Source of the DNA: an uncultured virus (IMG/VR IMGVR_UViG_3300022822_000015) | Lineage: Duplodnaviria > Heunggongvirae > Uroviricota > Caudoviricetes | Length of the DNA stretch: 64,000 nucleotides | Virus record (IMG/VR): IMGVR_UViG_3300022822_000015 | Reading direction: 5' to 3' (one strand) | In this document: positions 28,073 through 37,965 of the stretch, piece by piece | How the letters are laid out: each line of letters opens with the position of its first letter | How positions within the stretch are numbered: position 1 is the stretch's first letter | Translations under genes and position numbers: made by a program | The notes under the pieces: model-generated | The model's database searches: none | Seen by the model: the letters and a program-made list of their open reading frames with translations, nothing else | What the model was told of the DNA's origin: nothing

Positions 28073-28183
28073 ATGTCAGAAAGTAACTTATTCGAAGAAG
28101 CAAGCCGTTATAAATGGACTTTTAAAACAGCAAAATAAACTATTTCAGTTCAAGATCTGGATGCGTTAAACTCTACTCTTTAA
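28073..28183 (+). pseudogene. Interrupted remnant of a conserved phage gene
   Basis: AGGA RBS; MSESNLFEEASRYKWTFKTAK*TISVQDLDAL with an in-frame TAA. Confidence 0.45.
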
Positions 28184-28371
28184 AAAATATAGGTTGCTGC
28201 AATTTCTCCATCGTTAACTTTTATACAAAGTTTAACGGTAAAAAGACCACGACCGAAAGTGTCGTCAAAAATAACAATGTGCAAACACTAAAGATCCTAA
28301 ATTTGTATAATTTTATGTTTGTATTAAAACTGGCAGCGTAATCATATACAGTAAATTGTTTTACTTGAATT

Positions 28372-28401
28372 AAGGTCGGTATTTAAGTACCGGCCTTTTT
28401 T
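28372..28401 (+). terminator. Intrinsic terminator
   Basis: AAGGTCGGTAT-TTAA-GTACCGGCC followed by T6. Confidence 0.8.
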
Positions 28402-28429
28402 CTACATTAACCTAATAGAAACTAATACT

Positions 28430-28594
28430 ATGAAAAGAACTAGAGAAGAGTTAACCAAATACATAGACCACGTAATTAAAGATATTCATGAAGACTGTAA
28501 CAAAACAAAAAATAGAGAAGAAATAAACTATAGTAATGATCTTCTTTTAGTGGCTTTCAAGATTAAAGAATTGTTAGTGAGCAGCAGCCCGTAA
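28430..28594 (+). CDS. Small hypothetical protein (54 aa)
   Basis: ORF between two terminators. Confidence 0.4.
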   Translation: MKRTREELTKYIDHVIKDIHEDCNKTKNREEINYSNDLLLVAFKIKELLVSSSP

Positions 28595-28619
28595 TTTAGT
28601 AAATAATCAATAAACTAGT

Positions 28620-28648
28620 ATGCCTGTACTTGTTACAGGTATTTTTTT
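28620..28648 (+). terminator. Intrinsic terminator
   Basis: ATGCCTGTA-CTTGT-TACAGGTA followed by T7. Confidence 0.75.
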
Positions 28649-28665
28649 GCCTGAAGGAAAGTAAT

Positions 28666-28914
28666 ATGTTAAACATAAAAAAGTACATAAGAGATTTAGT
28701 CAATGAACAAGTAAGTTTACTAAACAGAGAAAAAGAAAAAGAAGTAAAAAATGACACCGTTAAAGAAGTAACGTACTTAATGAGAGATAAAATTAATAGT
28801 TACATCAGAGATAAACAGCAAAATGAAATACGACAAGAAACTAGCAGGTATACAGAAAGTGAAGAATTTCTTTCTAAAATAGTTCAAAGGATAATTAACC
28901 TTCAGGTGAAATAA
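28666..28914 (+). CDS. Hypothetical coiled-coil protein
   Basis: AAGGA RBS before MLNIKK; TAATG coupling to the helicase. Confidence 0.6.
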   Translation: MLNIKKYIRDLVNEQVSLLNREKEKEVKNDTVKEVTYLMRDKINSYIRDKQQNEIRQETSRYTESEEFLSKIVQRIINLQVK

Positions 28915-30320
28915 TGGAGTTTACAACAGAACAACATAACATTATCGATCATGTAATAAATAACCCAGTAACTCCTGACAAATATGGAAATATAACACTT
29001 GTACCAGCTAGTGCTGGCTGTGGTAAGACGTTTATAGGTAAAGAGATAGTATCACGGCTTAACCCACGTAAAGGTCTTTACACAGCATTTAATAAAGCCA
29101 TAGTGCTTGAATCCGAAGAGAAATTCAGCAACTACGATGTGGAGTGTAAAACATTTCATGCACTAGCTTATAAATTTGTAAAACCAAAAAGAGGTATGCA
29201 AGAACTTAGCTACAATGACATAAAAGAAAAAATTACTTACCCTGACAAAGCACTTGTACTGGAAGTTATAAACTTATTTTTTGTTTCTAGTTCATTAGAT
29301 ATGTATGACTTTTTTGAAGAGTATTTTTTTAAAAGAGATGATCTTATACCTATAGCAAGTAAATATGTTAACTTGATGATAGATAGAAAAATACCTATGA
29401 GTTTTAATTTTCTACTAAAGTACTTACATTTAATGCTAGTAGAAGGAACTTCATGTAAATACGATATAGTTATTCTTGATGAAATTAATGATGTTACTGC
29501 AGTTCAATTAGAAATATTCAAATTAATTGAATCACCTATAAAAATAGGTCTTGGAGAATCTAACCAAGCTATTTATAAATTCTTGAATCTTAAAGATGGT
29601 TTTGATGAACTACATGAAGCAGTCCAACTACCTCTAACAAATTCTTTTAGGTGTAGTATTGATATTGCAAAAAATATTGAAAAGTTTATGAAAACTTACG
29701 TAAAACATGATTTCCTGTTTACAGGTACATCTAACCCTGTGAAAAATGGAAATACACTTTACGTTACAATGACAAATGCGGCTATTATATTTTTAATAAA
29801 AGAGTTTATTAGTATAAACAAAGGGTTTACGTTACTAAGAAAAATATCAGATATATTTGCTTATCCTTTAGCTATTGTAAGTGCTTCATCAGGTAAAGAA
29901 GTATACCAATATAAATATAAGTTTTTAGAAAAAGAGTATAAAAAATATAAAAAAGACCAATCAGATAAAACATCATTTTTTTCTTATTTAATAGAAGAAA
30001 TCGGTGATCAAGAAACAGAATCTGCAATCTCTTTACTATCCACTTTAGCTGCAAATAAAACAAATATATTTGATTTGTATAAAAAAGCTAAGTTTGTTAA
30101 AGCAGATTCAAAATATACTATTGCAACTGTGTTTACTTCTAAAGGTTTAGAATTTGAAACAGTTAACATTAATAATGATATGAACAGTGCTGTTGGCAGA
30201 GTAATTGAGAATGGTGGTGTACAGTCAGAAGATGACTTAGTTATTATGAGAGCATATTATGTTGCTACTAGCCGGGCTGGAGTCAACCTAAATAACGCAA
30301 TATTCTTAAAAATACAGTAG
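28914..30320 (+). CDS. SF1 (UvrD-like) DNA helicase
   Basis: ASAGCGKT, LDEIND, Q.IY.F, SFRC, SKGLEF, YVATSRA. Confidence 0.88.
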   Translation: MEFTTEQHNIIDHVINNPVTPDKYGNITLVPASAGCGKTFIGKEIVSRLNPRKGLYTAFNKAIVLESEEKFSNYDVECKTFHALAYKFVKPKRGMQELSYNDIKEKITYPDKALVLEVINLFFVSSSLDMYDFFEEYFFKRDDLIPIASKYVNLMIDRKIPMSFNFLLKYLHLMLVEGTSCKYDIVILDEINDVTAVQLEIFKLIESPIKIGLGESNQAIYKFLNLKDGFDELHEAVQLPLTNSFRCSIDIAKNIEKFMKTYVKHDFLFTGTSNPVKNGNTLYVTMTNAAIIFLIKEFISINKGFTLLRKISDIFAYPLAIVSASSGKEVYQYKYKFLEKEYKKYKKDQSDKTSFFSYLIEEIGDQETESAISLLSTLAANKTNIFDLYKKAKFVKADSKYTIATVFTSKGLEFETVNINNDMNSAVGRVIENGGVQSEDDLVIMRAYYVATSRAGVNLNNAIFLKIQ

Positions 30321-30330
30321 GCTAAAATCT

Positions 30331-30576
30331 ATGAATAACGCAAAAAATATGAACTTAGGATCATTATCAACATACGAAATACAAGGATTAGCATTAGATA
30401 ACACATCCTTTCTTGAGGAGCTTGGTAGAAGATGTTTGAAACTAAACCTAGATTGTTATGATAAGGATTCAACTTGTTATCATGAAGAAGAATGTAACGA
30501 GCTTAAAGATGAGATAAGCAACCTACAACAAGAATCAGCACTGTGTGCGGAATGTGGAGAAGACCTTGATACATAA
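30331..30576 (+). CDS. Hypothetical protein
   Basis: 81 aa, C-terminal CAEC. Confidence 0.55.
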   Translation: MNNAKNMNLGSLSTYEIQGLALDNTSFLEELGRRCLKLNLDCYDKDSTCYHEEECNELKDEISNLQQESALCAECGEDLDT

Positions 30577-30667
30577 AACAATATTATTTACTTAAAATAA
30601 AAATTACGCAGTCACTCACTCTGCATAATAACTTAAATTTAGTGAGTACCTTTAAAGGAAAATAAAA

Positions 30668-31018
30668 ATGTCAATTAGTAATATTTTAGAACAGAAAAAA
30701 GAAGATCTTTCAGATGCTGAGAAAATTAAAGCAATTGCTGAAATTGTAAGTCAAGCACGTAAAAGTTATGGAAATTCAGATGCAGTTGTTACTTCACCTG
30801 AAATTAACACAACTGATGGTGTTGTAGAATTACAGTTTGTTTCGGTTGAGACAAAACTATCTCTGGTTAAACAAGAAGTAGTAGCTATCAAAATGGCTGC
30901 AATCGAGTTTGAAAAAAGTAATGAAGGTGTTAACCGTGACAAAATGGTAGAGCAATTGCTTGCTACATCACCCATTATGGTAAACCTTGCTGACACAGCT
31001 AAGTTTTCTTACTTGTAA
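30668..31018 (+). CDS. Hypothetical protein
   Basis: AAGGA RBS, 116 aa. Confidence 0.7.
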   Translation: MSISNILEQKKEDLSDAEKIKAIAEIVSQARKSYGNSDAVVTSPEINTTDGVVELQFVSVETKLSLVKQEVVAIKMAAIEFEKSNEGVNRDKMVEQLLATSPIMVNLADTAKFSYL

Positions 31019-31051
31019 GCTTTAACTAAATAATATTAAGAGGTAGTAGTA

Positions 31052-31816
31052 ATGTTTTTATCATTTGTAAAAAAAGATGCTTCTGAGCTAGAAGTAGTAG
31101 CAAAGATTCGTGGTAAGTACAAAACACTGCCTTTTGATATTATTTTAAGATTGTTACTGATTTATAAAACTATAGGTTTAAAAGAATTAAACCTAAAAAT
31201 AGACGAATTTGCTAATAAAATAACTAACCAGTCTTTATCTAACTACTGTGACAGTTACGGTAATGAAGAACAGGATCTTTATTTTAATATAACTAAAGTG
31301 CTGCCTTTTTATGAGCATTTTTATTTTAGAGATGATTTAAAAAATTTGTTAATAAAAGACGCTTTGCGTTTTGTTTTTGCTATAAAACAAAACACTTTAG
31401 GTTTATTTGACACAAAAGTAAATGATATATTTGATGTACAAAAAAATTTACATATTTCTATAGCTTGGATAATACAAGAACAAGATGCTGTATTTGCTCA
31501 TTTACCTAATCATATAAATCTAAGCAGCAATAACTTTGATCAAATTGTTGAATTCAGTAATCTTAGCAATTTAAAAATTCAAATAATTAATACAATAATT
31601 TTAGATGCTGCACGAGAAAAAAAGTACAAGTTTGTGTTTAACGAAAATTATAAAAAATCTTTTCCTGACGTTACCAGTGAGTTAGAAAAAACTACAAAAT
31701 ATAAAACTGAATCAGGTCAAGTAACAGAAACAACATCAGCAAGTGCACCGGGAAGCCAAGATGCAATACTGCCAGATGGGTCAATTTATGATTATAAAAC
31801 TGTGGAAAAACCTTAA
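31052..31816 (+). CDS. Hypothetical protein; frame stays open past its TAA to 31948
   Basis: GAGG RBS; 43-codon in-frame extension ending DDIPF. Confidence 0.65.
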   Translation: MFLSFVKKDASELEVVAKIRGKYKTLPFDIILRLLLIYKTIGLKELNLKIDEFANKITNQSLSNYCDSYGNEEQDLYFNITKVLPFYEHFYFRDDLKNLLIKDALRFVFAIKQNTLGLFDTKVNDIFDVQKNLHISIAWIIQEQDAVFAHLPNHINLSSNNFDQIVEFSNLSNLKIQIINTIILDAAREKKYKFVFNENYKKSFPDVTSELEKTTKYKTESGQVTETTSASAPGSQDAILPDGSIYDYKTVEKP

Positions 31817-31959
31817 TTACCAAGACCTGAATTAAAATTTGGTAAAGGATACGATGATGTAAAAAAATATAATTCTCCTGAATCAGTAGTAAAAATTGCT
31901 AAAAAGAAATCACAAATTATTTACGACAACGACGACATACCTTTTTAAGAGAAACAATA

Positions 31960-32739
31960 ATGAAACACCCTAAATATGATGAAGTTAAATTACTGGTTGA
32001 TAATGACATAGCTGTTTTGCTAGTAGGTCCAGCTGGTAGTGGTAAAACAACTATTATAGAAACAATATCAAAAGAAAGAGATATGGAGTTTTATGTTATA
32101 TCTATGACAAGACAAACTACGTTATCTGCACTAATAGGTTTTAAAAATATTAATGGTGACTATACATCTACTGAACTTAGGAAAGCTGTTGAATTTGGAC
32201 ACTTATTATTAATTGATGAAATAGATGGAGGTGATCCAAATGTCCTACTATGTCTTAATACGTTAGAAAATGGGTTTATGTCATTTCCTGACGGCGTTGT
32301 CAAAAAACATAAAAATTTCAGATTGTGTGCAACAGCTAACCCAAAAGAAAAACAATACACTGGTAGAGCAGTATTAGATGAATCTACGTTAGACAGGTTT
32401 GACAATATTTTTATAGATACAGACGCAAACCTAGAAAAAGAAATTGTTGGTGCAACTATTCATGATTGTATGAATGATGTACGAAAAGTACTAAAAAACT
32501 GGAATCACCAAAAAACAATTTCTATGCGTGATGCAATCCGTTTTAAAAAACGTCATGACATAAAATTGATAGACGGATTTGTAGAAAAACTTCTCGATAA
32601 TGAAGATAGTATGATAGATAAATATAACACTTTAAGAGAAGTTAAAACTTTTATAGTACAAGAGTTATGTCCTACAGTAGAAATTTTGTACAAAAATATA
32701 ATGAAATCACAAGGAATATTCAATGAAAACACTACCTAA
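31960..32739 (+). CDS. MoxR/CbbQ-like AAA+ ATPase
   Basis: GPAGSGKT, LIDEID, ATAN, LDRF. Confidence 0.85.
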   Translation: MKHPKYDEVKLLVDNDIAVLLVGPAGSGKTTIIETISKERDMEFYVISMTRQTTLSALIGFKNINGDYTSTELRKAVEFGHLLLIDEIDGGDPNVLLCLNTLENGFMSFPDGVVKKHKNFRLCATANPKEKQYTGRAVLDESTLDRFDNIFIDTDANLEKEIVGATIHDCMNDVRKVLKNWNHQKTISMRDAIRFKKRHDIKLIDGFVEKLLDNEDSMIDKYNTLREVKTFIVQELCPTVEILYKNIMKSQGIFNENTT

Positions 32740-33523
32740 TATATACCCTGACGTATGGAAAAAAGAGCTAAAGATAGAAACTTTAGACTATTTACCTTTT
32801 CGTAACTTAATGCATTTTAAACATTTTGTATCAAATATTACACAAATTGAAGATAACAAATGTGATGTTTCTTATTCTGATGCGTTATCTGATTTAATGC
32901 TGGGAAAATACGAAAAAGATGATAGTAGATATGAAAGCGTTAGAAACTTAGTGAGAAAAAATCTATTAAAACGTGGACTTATTACTCAAGAAATTTATGA
33001 AAACTTTAAATACTCTACTGATGGTATTGTAGTTGACTATGATGTAGGAAAATATGCAGCTGGTGAACCTGATTGTGTTATTACACCTTCAGTACAATAT
33101 GTAGATTTTTTTCATGAACTTTATATAAATATATCTTATAGATATGATATTAGTGATATTGATATTTCTAAAAATATTAATAAATTGTTGGCTACTATCG
33201 AAGAACTAGAGCGTCAACATATATTCATTAAAATTACTTTAATACTAGCTTGTAGAGAAATTAACAACAAAAACAATTTCCTGTCTGTAATACCTTTATT
33301 TTCTCATAGAGAATTTAAAACAGTAGAAATTATGTCTTCAGTTTTAAATAATAGACTGTTGAGAAAATTCTTTTTTGCTATATTTGAAAATAAGTATGGT
33401 GATGAATTATCAGATTTTTATGGAAGAGTACTAAAAGTATCTGACTCTTTATCATTAAATGATGAATTTAATGAAATAGAATTCTTTACTGAAATTAAAG
33501 ACACTGTTGAAAGGAGATTATAA
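32723..33523 (+). CDS. AAA+ partner protein (vWA-like, tentative)
   Basis: Overlaps the AAA gene; DVGKY..GEPDC, INIS, LLRKFFF. Confidence 0.5.
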   Translation: MKTLPNIYPDVWKKELKIETLDYLPFRNLMHFKHFVSNITQIEDNKCDVSYSDALSDLMLGKYEKDDSRYESVRNLVRKNLLKRGLITQEIYENFKYSTDGIVVDYDVGKYAAGEPDCVITPSVQYVDFFHELYINISYRYDISDIDISKNINKLLATIEELERQHIFIKITLILACREINNKNNFLSVIPLFSHREFKTVEIMSSVLNNRLLRKFFFAIFENKYGDELSDFYGRVLKVSDSLSLNDEFNEIEFFTEIKDTVERRL

Positions 33524-34941
33524 TGAGTACTATTGATATGCTTGAAAGTTATGTAAAAAGCAAAACTTCATCTTTATCAAATTTTCCTATTATTGTTAAA
33601 AAAGGTATAAACACTATATCTGGTGAAGCTCCTTTTAAACTAAAATTAGCTATTGTTCTTTCTGAACTAGTTACTTTATCTTCACACCTAAGAAAACCTA
33701 TAGTGTTGTTTGACGGCACATTAGTTCCTACTAATGCTATTACGTTTGCTTTGTGTGGTTCTGGCGAAGGTAAAGATAAAGCAGTAAATGCTGTAAGAAA
33801 ATCTTTAAAAGAAGCTTATTATAAACTAGAAGAAAAACGTAAAGAGTATGCTGAAGAAAAAGCTAAGAATGACGCTATAATACATGGTGAGTCACGAGAA
33901 GATTGGCAAAAATATTACTCAGCACCTAAGCCTTTACAAGCTGGTCTTGGCACTGTTGAAGGGCTAACAAGCCATTTTGCTAGTATAGAGTCAAACCCTT
34001 TAGGTGCAGGAAGTATCATGAGCACTGAAATTGGTAGTGAGTTACAAACTAATGGATCTATTATGGAAATTTTTAAAGTAATTTCTGTTGCTTATGATCT
34101 AGGTGCTATAGCAGCAAAAATAATTAAATCTTCAGAAAATCAAACAGCTTCAATATTAAGTTTACCTGTAAACGCTTTACTGTTTGGCTCACAAGAAGCT
34201 TTACTATTTAATAATGATGTAAAATCAAAGTTTAAGCTTGTGTTTAATACACAATTAGCTAGAAGATCAATATTCTCGTTTACACCCGGAACTTCTCCAA
34301 GAAAACAAATAAACTCTGTAGAAGAGTTATATAAAATAAGAGAAAAAGAACGTGATCGTGTAGTAGCTAGTCAAGAAGAGTTAAACAACTTTACTTCAAA
34401 TTTAGTAGATGTAACAAATCAAGAACCTTTAACTGTGAGCAAAGACGCTAATAAACTATTTGATGTTTATATGGAATACAACTCTATGAAATCTGATGAG
34501 TTATCAAATAAGTACCCAATATCAAAACTTAGCCGTAGGCACAAACAATGGCTAGCTTTAAAGTTAGCTGGTAGTTATGCAATACTAAATCATGAAGATC
34601 ATGTATCAGAACAAACTTATGCTTACGCTATAAATACTGTTGAATTTTTATCAGATGACTTAAAACTATTTGAAATAGAGTTAATTAAAGAACCTTATGA
34701 GCAATTAGCTGATTTATGTGCAACTAATGCAGAAGATGGCAAGTTTACTATGTCACTTCACGATTTACGTAAAATGGGGTATATAACTGGTACAGGCTCA
34801 TCTAAGAATAAAATATTAGATTTAGCAACATTAGTTAACAGTTACGACCAAGAAGCCAGTTACACAGGTAACCCAGATTCAATCAGTTATCAGCAAACTA
34901 TGAAAACTGATGTAATCGGAGTTTCTTATATTATATTTTAG
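33523..34941 (+). CDS. P-loop ATPase/helicase part of an N4 gp43-like primase-helicase (DUF3987-like)
   Basis: GSGEGKD, TVEGL, EIGSEL, YD.G, LARR, ALKLAG.YA. Confidence 0.7.
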   Translation: MSTIDMLESYVKSKTSSLSNFPIIVKKGINTISGEAPFKLKLAIVLSELVTLSSHLRKPIVLFDGTLVPTNAITFALCGSGEGKDKAVNAVRKSLKEAYYKLEEKRKEYAEEKAKNDAIIHGESREDWQKYYSAPKPLQAGLGTVEGLTSHFASIESNPLGAGSIMSTEIGSELQTNGSIMEIFKVISVAYDLGAIAAKIIKSSENQTASILSLPVNALLFGSQEALLFNNDVKSKFKLVFNTQLARRSIFSFTPGTSPRKQINSVEELYKIREKERDRVVASQEELNNFTSNLVDVTNQEPLTVSKDANKLFDVYMEYNSMKSDELSNKYPISKLSRRHKQWLALKLAGSYAILNHEDHVSEQTYAYAINTVEFLSDDLKLFEIELIKEPYEQLADLCATNAEDGKFTMSLHDLRKMGYITGTGSSKNKILDLATLVNSYDQEASYTGNPDSISYQQTMKTDVIGVSYIIF

Positions 34942-34950
34942 GAAAATAAA

Positions 34951-35148
34951 ATGTCACTATTTTTAATTTGGACTTTATCAATAACTGTATTAATACCTTT
35001 GTGTGTATTATGCCATATAATAATTTTTCCTATATGGTTTATAGCAACAACAATAGCAACAACAGTTTCTATTACTACTTATCGTGAATCTTTCAGATAT
35101 TTTTTAAAAGATTTTGTTGTTGAATTGAAAGGATGTTTACCAAAATAA
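34951..35148 (+). CDS. Small membrane protein
   Basis: Long hydrophobic N-terminal half. Confidence 0.5.
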   Translation: MSLFLIWTLSITVLIPLCVLCHIIIFPIWFIATTIATTVSITTYRESFRYFLKDFVVELKGCLPK

Positions 35149-35171
35149 AATTAATTAAACTAGGAATAAAA

Positions 35172-35435
35172 ATGAGTATTGTATCAGCACAACATGTTAA
35201 AGATGTAATAATAGGGTACATTAATGGTAAAACTATTCAAATGTTAAATGTTAATAATATTTGGAGAGATTTAAGTCATGCCCCTAATTGGGATTTTTCT
35301 AAAGAAAACTACAGAATTAAGCCAGTACCTAAAAAAATTTGGGTACATGATAACCATGAGTATGATTGGTTTGAACCTAAAAATGACGAAGACTTTAAAC
35401 CTTTAGGATATAAGTTATTCGAGCAGGTGCTGTAA
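35172..35435 (+). CDS. Hypothetical protein
   Basis: GKTIQ...W.D....P.WDF....YRIKP pattern common in phages. Confidence 0.6.
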   Translation: MSIVSAQHVKDVIIGYINGKTIQMLNVNNIWRDLSHAPNWDFSKENYRIKPVPKKIWVHDNHEYDWFEPKNDEDFKPLGYKLFEQVL

Positions 35436-35437
35436 TC

Positions 35438-36214
35438 ATGACACAAGACATGAAAGAGTACATGAAGGTAAACTGCTCAAAAGGGTATACTTATGAAGAA
35501 GCTAAGTTTGAAGAATTACCTTCTGGTATTCTAGAATCTAACGCTGCTTATAGTCCTTTTAGGTTTGCAGGTGGTATTAGGTCAAAGTCTAATATTGAAG
35601 GTGGTGCCAAGTTTGTTGTACTTGATATTGATAAATCTATGTTAACTGATTTAGAAACGCATACATTATTAAACGAGTATAATCATCATATTGCTAGAAC
35701 TAGTGATCCAGATAACGAATATAAATTTCGTGTGCTTATAGAGCTAGATTCTATAGTAGATGTTGAAGATCGTATGTGGTCTGTATTTATTGAAGAAATA
35801 GGTATTGAGCTAGGTATTGTTATAGATAATCTACCTAAAAGTTCTATATTCTTTTCTTACGAAAATCGTGAAATACACAGTCAAACAGAAGGTACTCCTT
35901 TACCTGTTAAGCCATTATTAGATCGTGCTGCTATTCGTTTACGTGATAAACCAAAGCCAGCTAGAGAGTTACCTACTGCTAGCAAGAAAGCATTATTAGA
36001 TGATCCACGTACTACTTTTGAATTTGCGTTTAACGCAGAAAAAGGTGAACGTAGTAGATTTCTTTATAGAGCACTAGCTTACGCAATTGACGTTGGTGCT
36101 ACTGAAGAATACATCATAGATTTAGCTAATGAAATTAATGATTATTGGACTGATAGTATGGATACAGATAGGTTAGAAAATACTTTAATTACACCAGCGT
36201 TACGTAGGATATAA
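35438..36214 (+). CDS. Primase (AEP-like) domain with helical PriCT-like C-terminus
   Basis: VVLDID, HHIARTS, KFRVLI, GERS..LY.A. Confidence 0.7.
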   Translation: MTQDMKEYMKVNCSKGYTYEEAKFEELPSGILESNAAYSPFRFAGGIRSKSNIEGGAKFVVLDIDKSMLTDLETHTLLNEYNHHIARTSDPDNEYKFRVLIELDSIVDVEDRMWSVFIEEIGIELGIVIDNLPKSSIFFSYENREIHSQTEGTPLPVKPLLDRAAIRLRDKPKPARELPTASKKALLDDPRTTFEFAFNAEKGERSRFLYRALAYAIDVGATEEYIIDLANEINDYWTDSMDTDRLENTLITPALRRI

Positions 36215-36216
36215 TT

Positions 36217-36450
36217 ATGTCTATTTACTCTCACCCAACTCAAATTACAGAATTAGAAGGTATTTACGTTGTAAAAAATAATCAAAAAAATAAGTACGTT
36301 TATTTAAGTGTTGTATTTTTTGGTATGAAAAAAGAAATTTTTAAAAGTCATTTAGATATTGTAAATTATTTAGAAGCAGCAGATGTTTCCGAAGATGATT
36401 TATTTTTTAATAAAAATGAAACTTTAGATTCTGTATTTTTAGAAGCATAA
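36217..36450 (+). CDS. Hypothetical protein
   Basis: 77-aa ORF in operon. Confidence 0.5.
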   Translation: MSIYSHPTQITELEGIYVVKNNQKNKYVYLSVVFFGMKKEIFKSHLDIVNYLEAADVSEDDLFFNKNETLDSVFLEA

Positions 36451-36470
36451 AATAAAAATGGAGAATAACA

Positions 36471-37052
36471 ATGTTTGCAAAACGTGTAATCAAAAAAATA
36501 AAACCTACAGATGTGAGTATTCTTACTCAATCTAATGTTCCTAAACCTTTACATGGGTTAAATCCTAGAACACTTTTAGGAAAAATTTGGTGGGATAAAA
36601 CTAGGTTTAAAGCACAAGAATGCTATGGCTATAAATGTGCTGCATGTGGTGTAGATAAAGAAAACGCTAAAGAACATCAATGGTTAGAAGGACATGAAGC
36701 TTGGAATATAAATTATCAAACAGGTATTTGTGAAGTAACAGAAATACTGCCTTTATGCCACTACTGTCATAACTTTATTCATAGCGGTAGGTTAGTTGTT
36801 ACAGCAAGTAGAAAAAAAGCTGTTGACGTTATTACTCATGGAATTGCATTGCTAGCTGAAACTAAACTTAAAGTATTCCCCGGGACGCTTATAGTTGCAA
36901 ACAGATTAGGCATTGACACAAAAGAATTAAGATCTTACGCTCTGCCGTCAAATCTTTATTGGTCAGATTATAAAATGAAGTTAAACGGAAAACTGTACGA
37001 CAGTTTGTACAAAAATTACGAAGAATGGGAAAATCATTATGTGGGAATATGA
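36471..37052 (+). CDS. HNH-type zinc nuclease
   Basis: CAACG, LEGHE.W, LCHYCH.FIH. Confidence 0.7.
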   Translation: MFAKRVIKKIKPTDVSILTQSNVPKPLHGLNPRTLLGKIWWDKTRFKAQECYGYKCAACGVDKENAKEHQWLEGHEAWNINYQTGICEVTEILPLCHYCHNFIHSGRLVVTASRKKAVDVITHGIALLAETKLKVFPGTLIVANRLGIDTKELRSYALPSNLYWSDYKMKLNGKLYDSLYKNYEEWENHYVGI

Positions 37053-37692
37053 AGGAACACCAATTAATTTTCACGAAGATTTACACGAGTACTGTGTAGC
37101 AATTGTCTACGAAATAACATTTAAAGGTGGCAAGAAATACATAGGTAAAAAGCAAGTAAGATCTTTGCGTAGATTAAAAGCAACTAAAAAACAATTAGCT
37201 ATTCGTAAAAACTATAAACGTGTAGAAATGAAAAACATACCTTTTATAGATTACGCAGGTACGTCTGAATTTACTGAAAATTTAGTGCCTGTAAAAAAAG
37301 AAATACTTCATCAATGCAGCAACAAAAAAACAGCAACTTACTTAGAAGCTGGTGAAATGTTTCATGTAAATGCAATATTTAACACAGACTATTTAAACAA
37401 AAATATTCAAGGTTGTTATTTTGATAATTCACTAGATGGTTTGATTGATATAGAAGCTGAAATAGAAATGCTAACAGTAGAAAAATTTACAAGAAAAACA
37501 GCAATAATTGAACATAATATTGAGTACTCTGTACCAAAAGACGAATGGTACGCTTTAATAGATGCAGGTGTAGATCCAGAAGAAGCATTCCAACAATTAA
37601 ACCAAATAGTAGATACTAAAATACGTTTTGTAGACTGTAAAACTGATTTAGTTGAGTCAATACAAATTCACAGCACTGAATTTATCTGGTAG
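37039..37692 (+). CDS. GIY-YIG-like protein
   Basis: VYEITF...KKYIGKK, Y.G.S, YLE, YLNKNI. Confidence 0.6.
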   Translation: MWEYEGTPINFHEDLHEYCVAIVYEITFKGGKKYIGKKQVRSLRRLKATKKQLAIRKNYKRVEMKNIPFIDYAGTSEFTENLVPVKKEILHQCSNKKTATYLEAGEMFHVNAIFNTDYLNKNIQGCYFDNSLDGLIDIEAEIEMLTVEKFTRKTAIIEHNIEYSVPKDEWYALIDAGVDPEEAFQQLNQIVDTKIRFVDCKTDLVESIQIHSTEFIW

Positions 37693-37734
37693 CAACTATT
37701 CCTTAAAACTAGGGGGTATAAATAGGAAGTTAAA

Positions 37735-37965
37735 ATGAATATAAAAGAAATAAGTAAAGATATAGAAATTCTTCTAAGTGCAATGTATGACGCAATGATA
37801 ACAAAATCACTTGCACCAGAAGAATACGATATTAATAATTACGAAGAAAAACACCGCAGTTTCATAAATAACTATGTAGAAAAAAGCTCTGGTATGACTT
37901 GTGCTGAAGTGTTAATCAGCTATTTACAATTTAATAATCTTTTAATTGAAGGTATTGCAGAATGA
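37735..37965 (+). CDS. Hypothetical protein
   Basis: 76 aa, AGGA RBS. Confidence 0.55.
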   Translation: MNIKEISKDIEILLSAMYDAMITKSLAPEEYDINNYEEKHRSFINNYVEKSSGMTCAEVLISYLQFNNLLIEGIAE

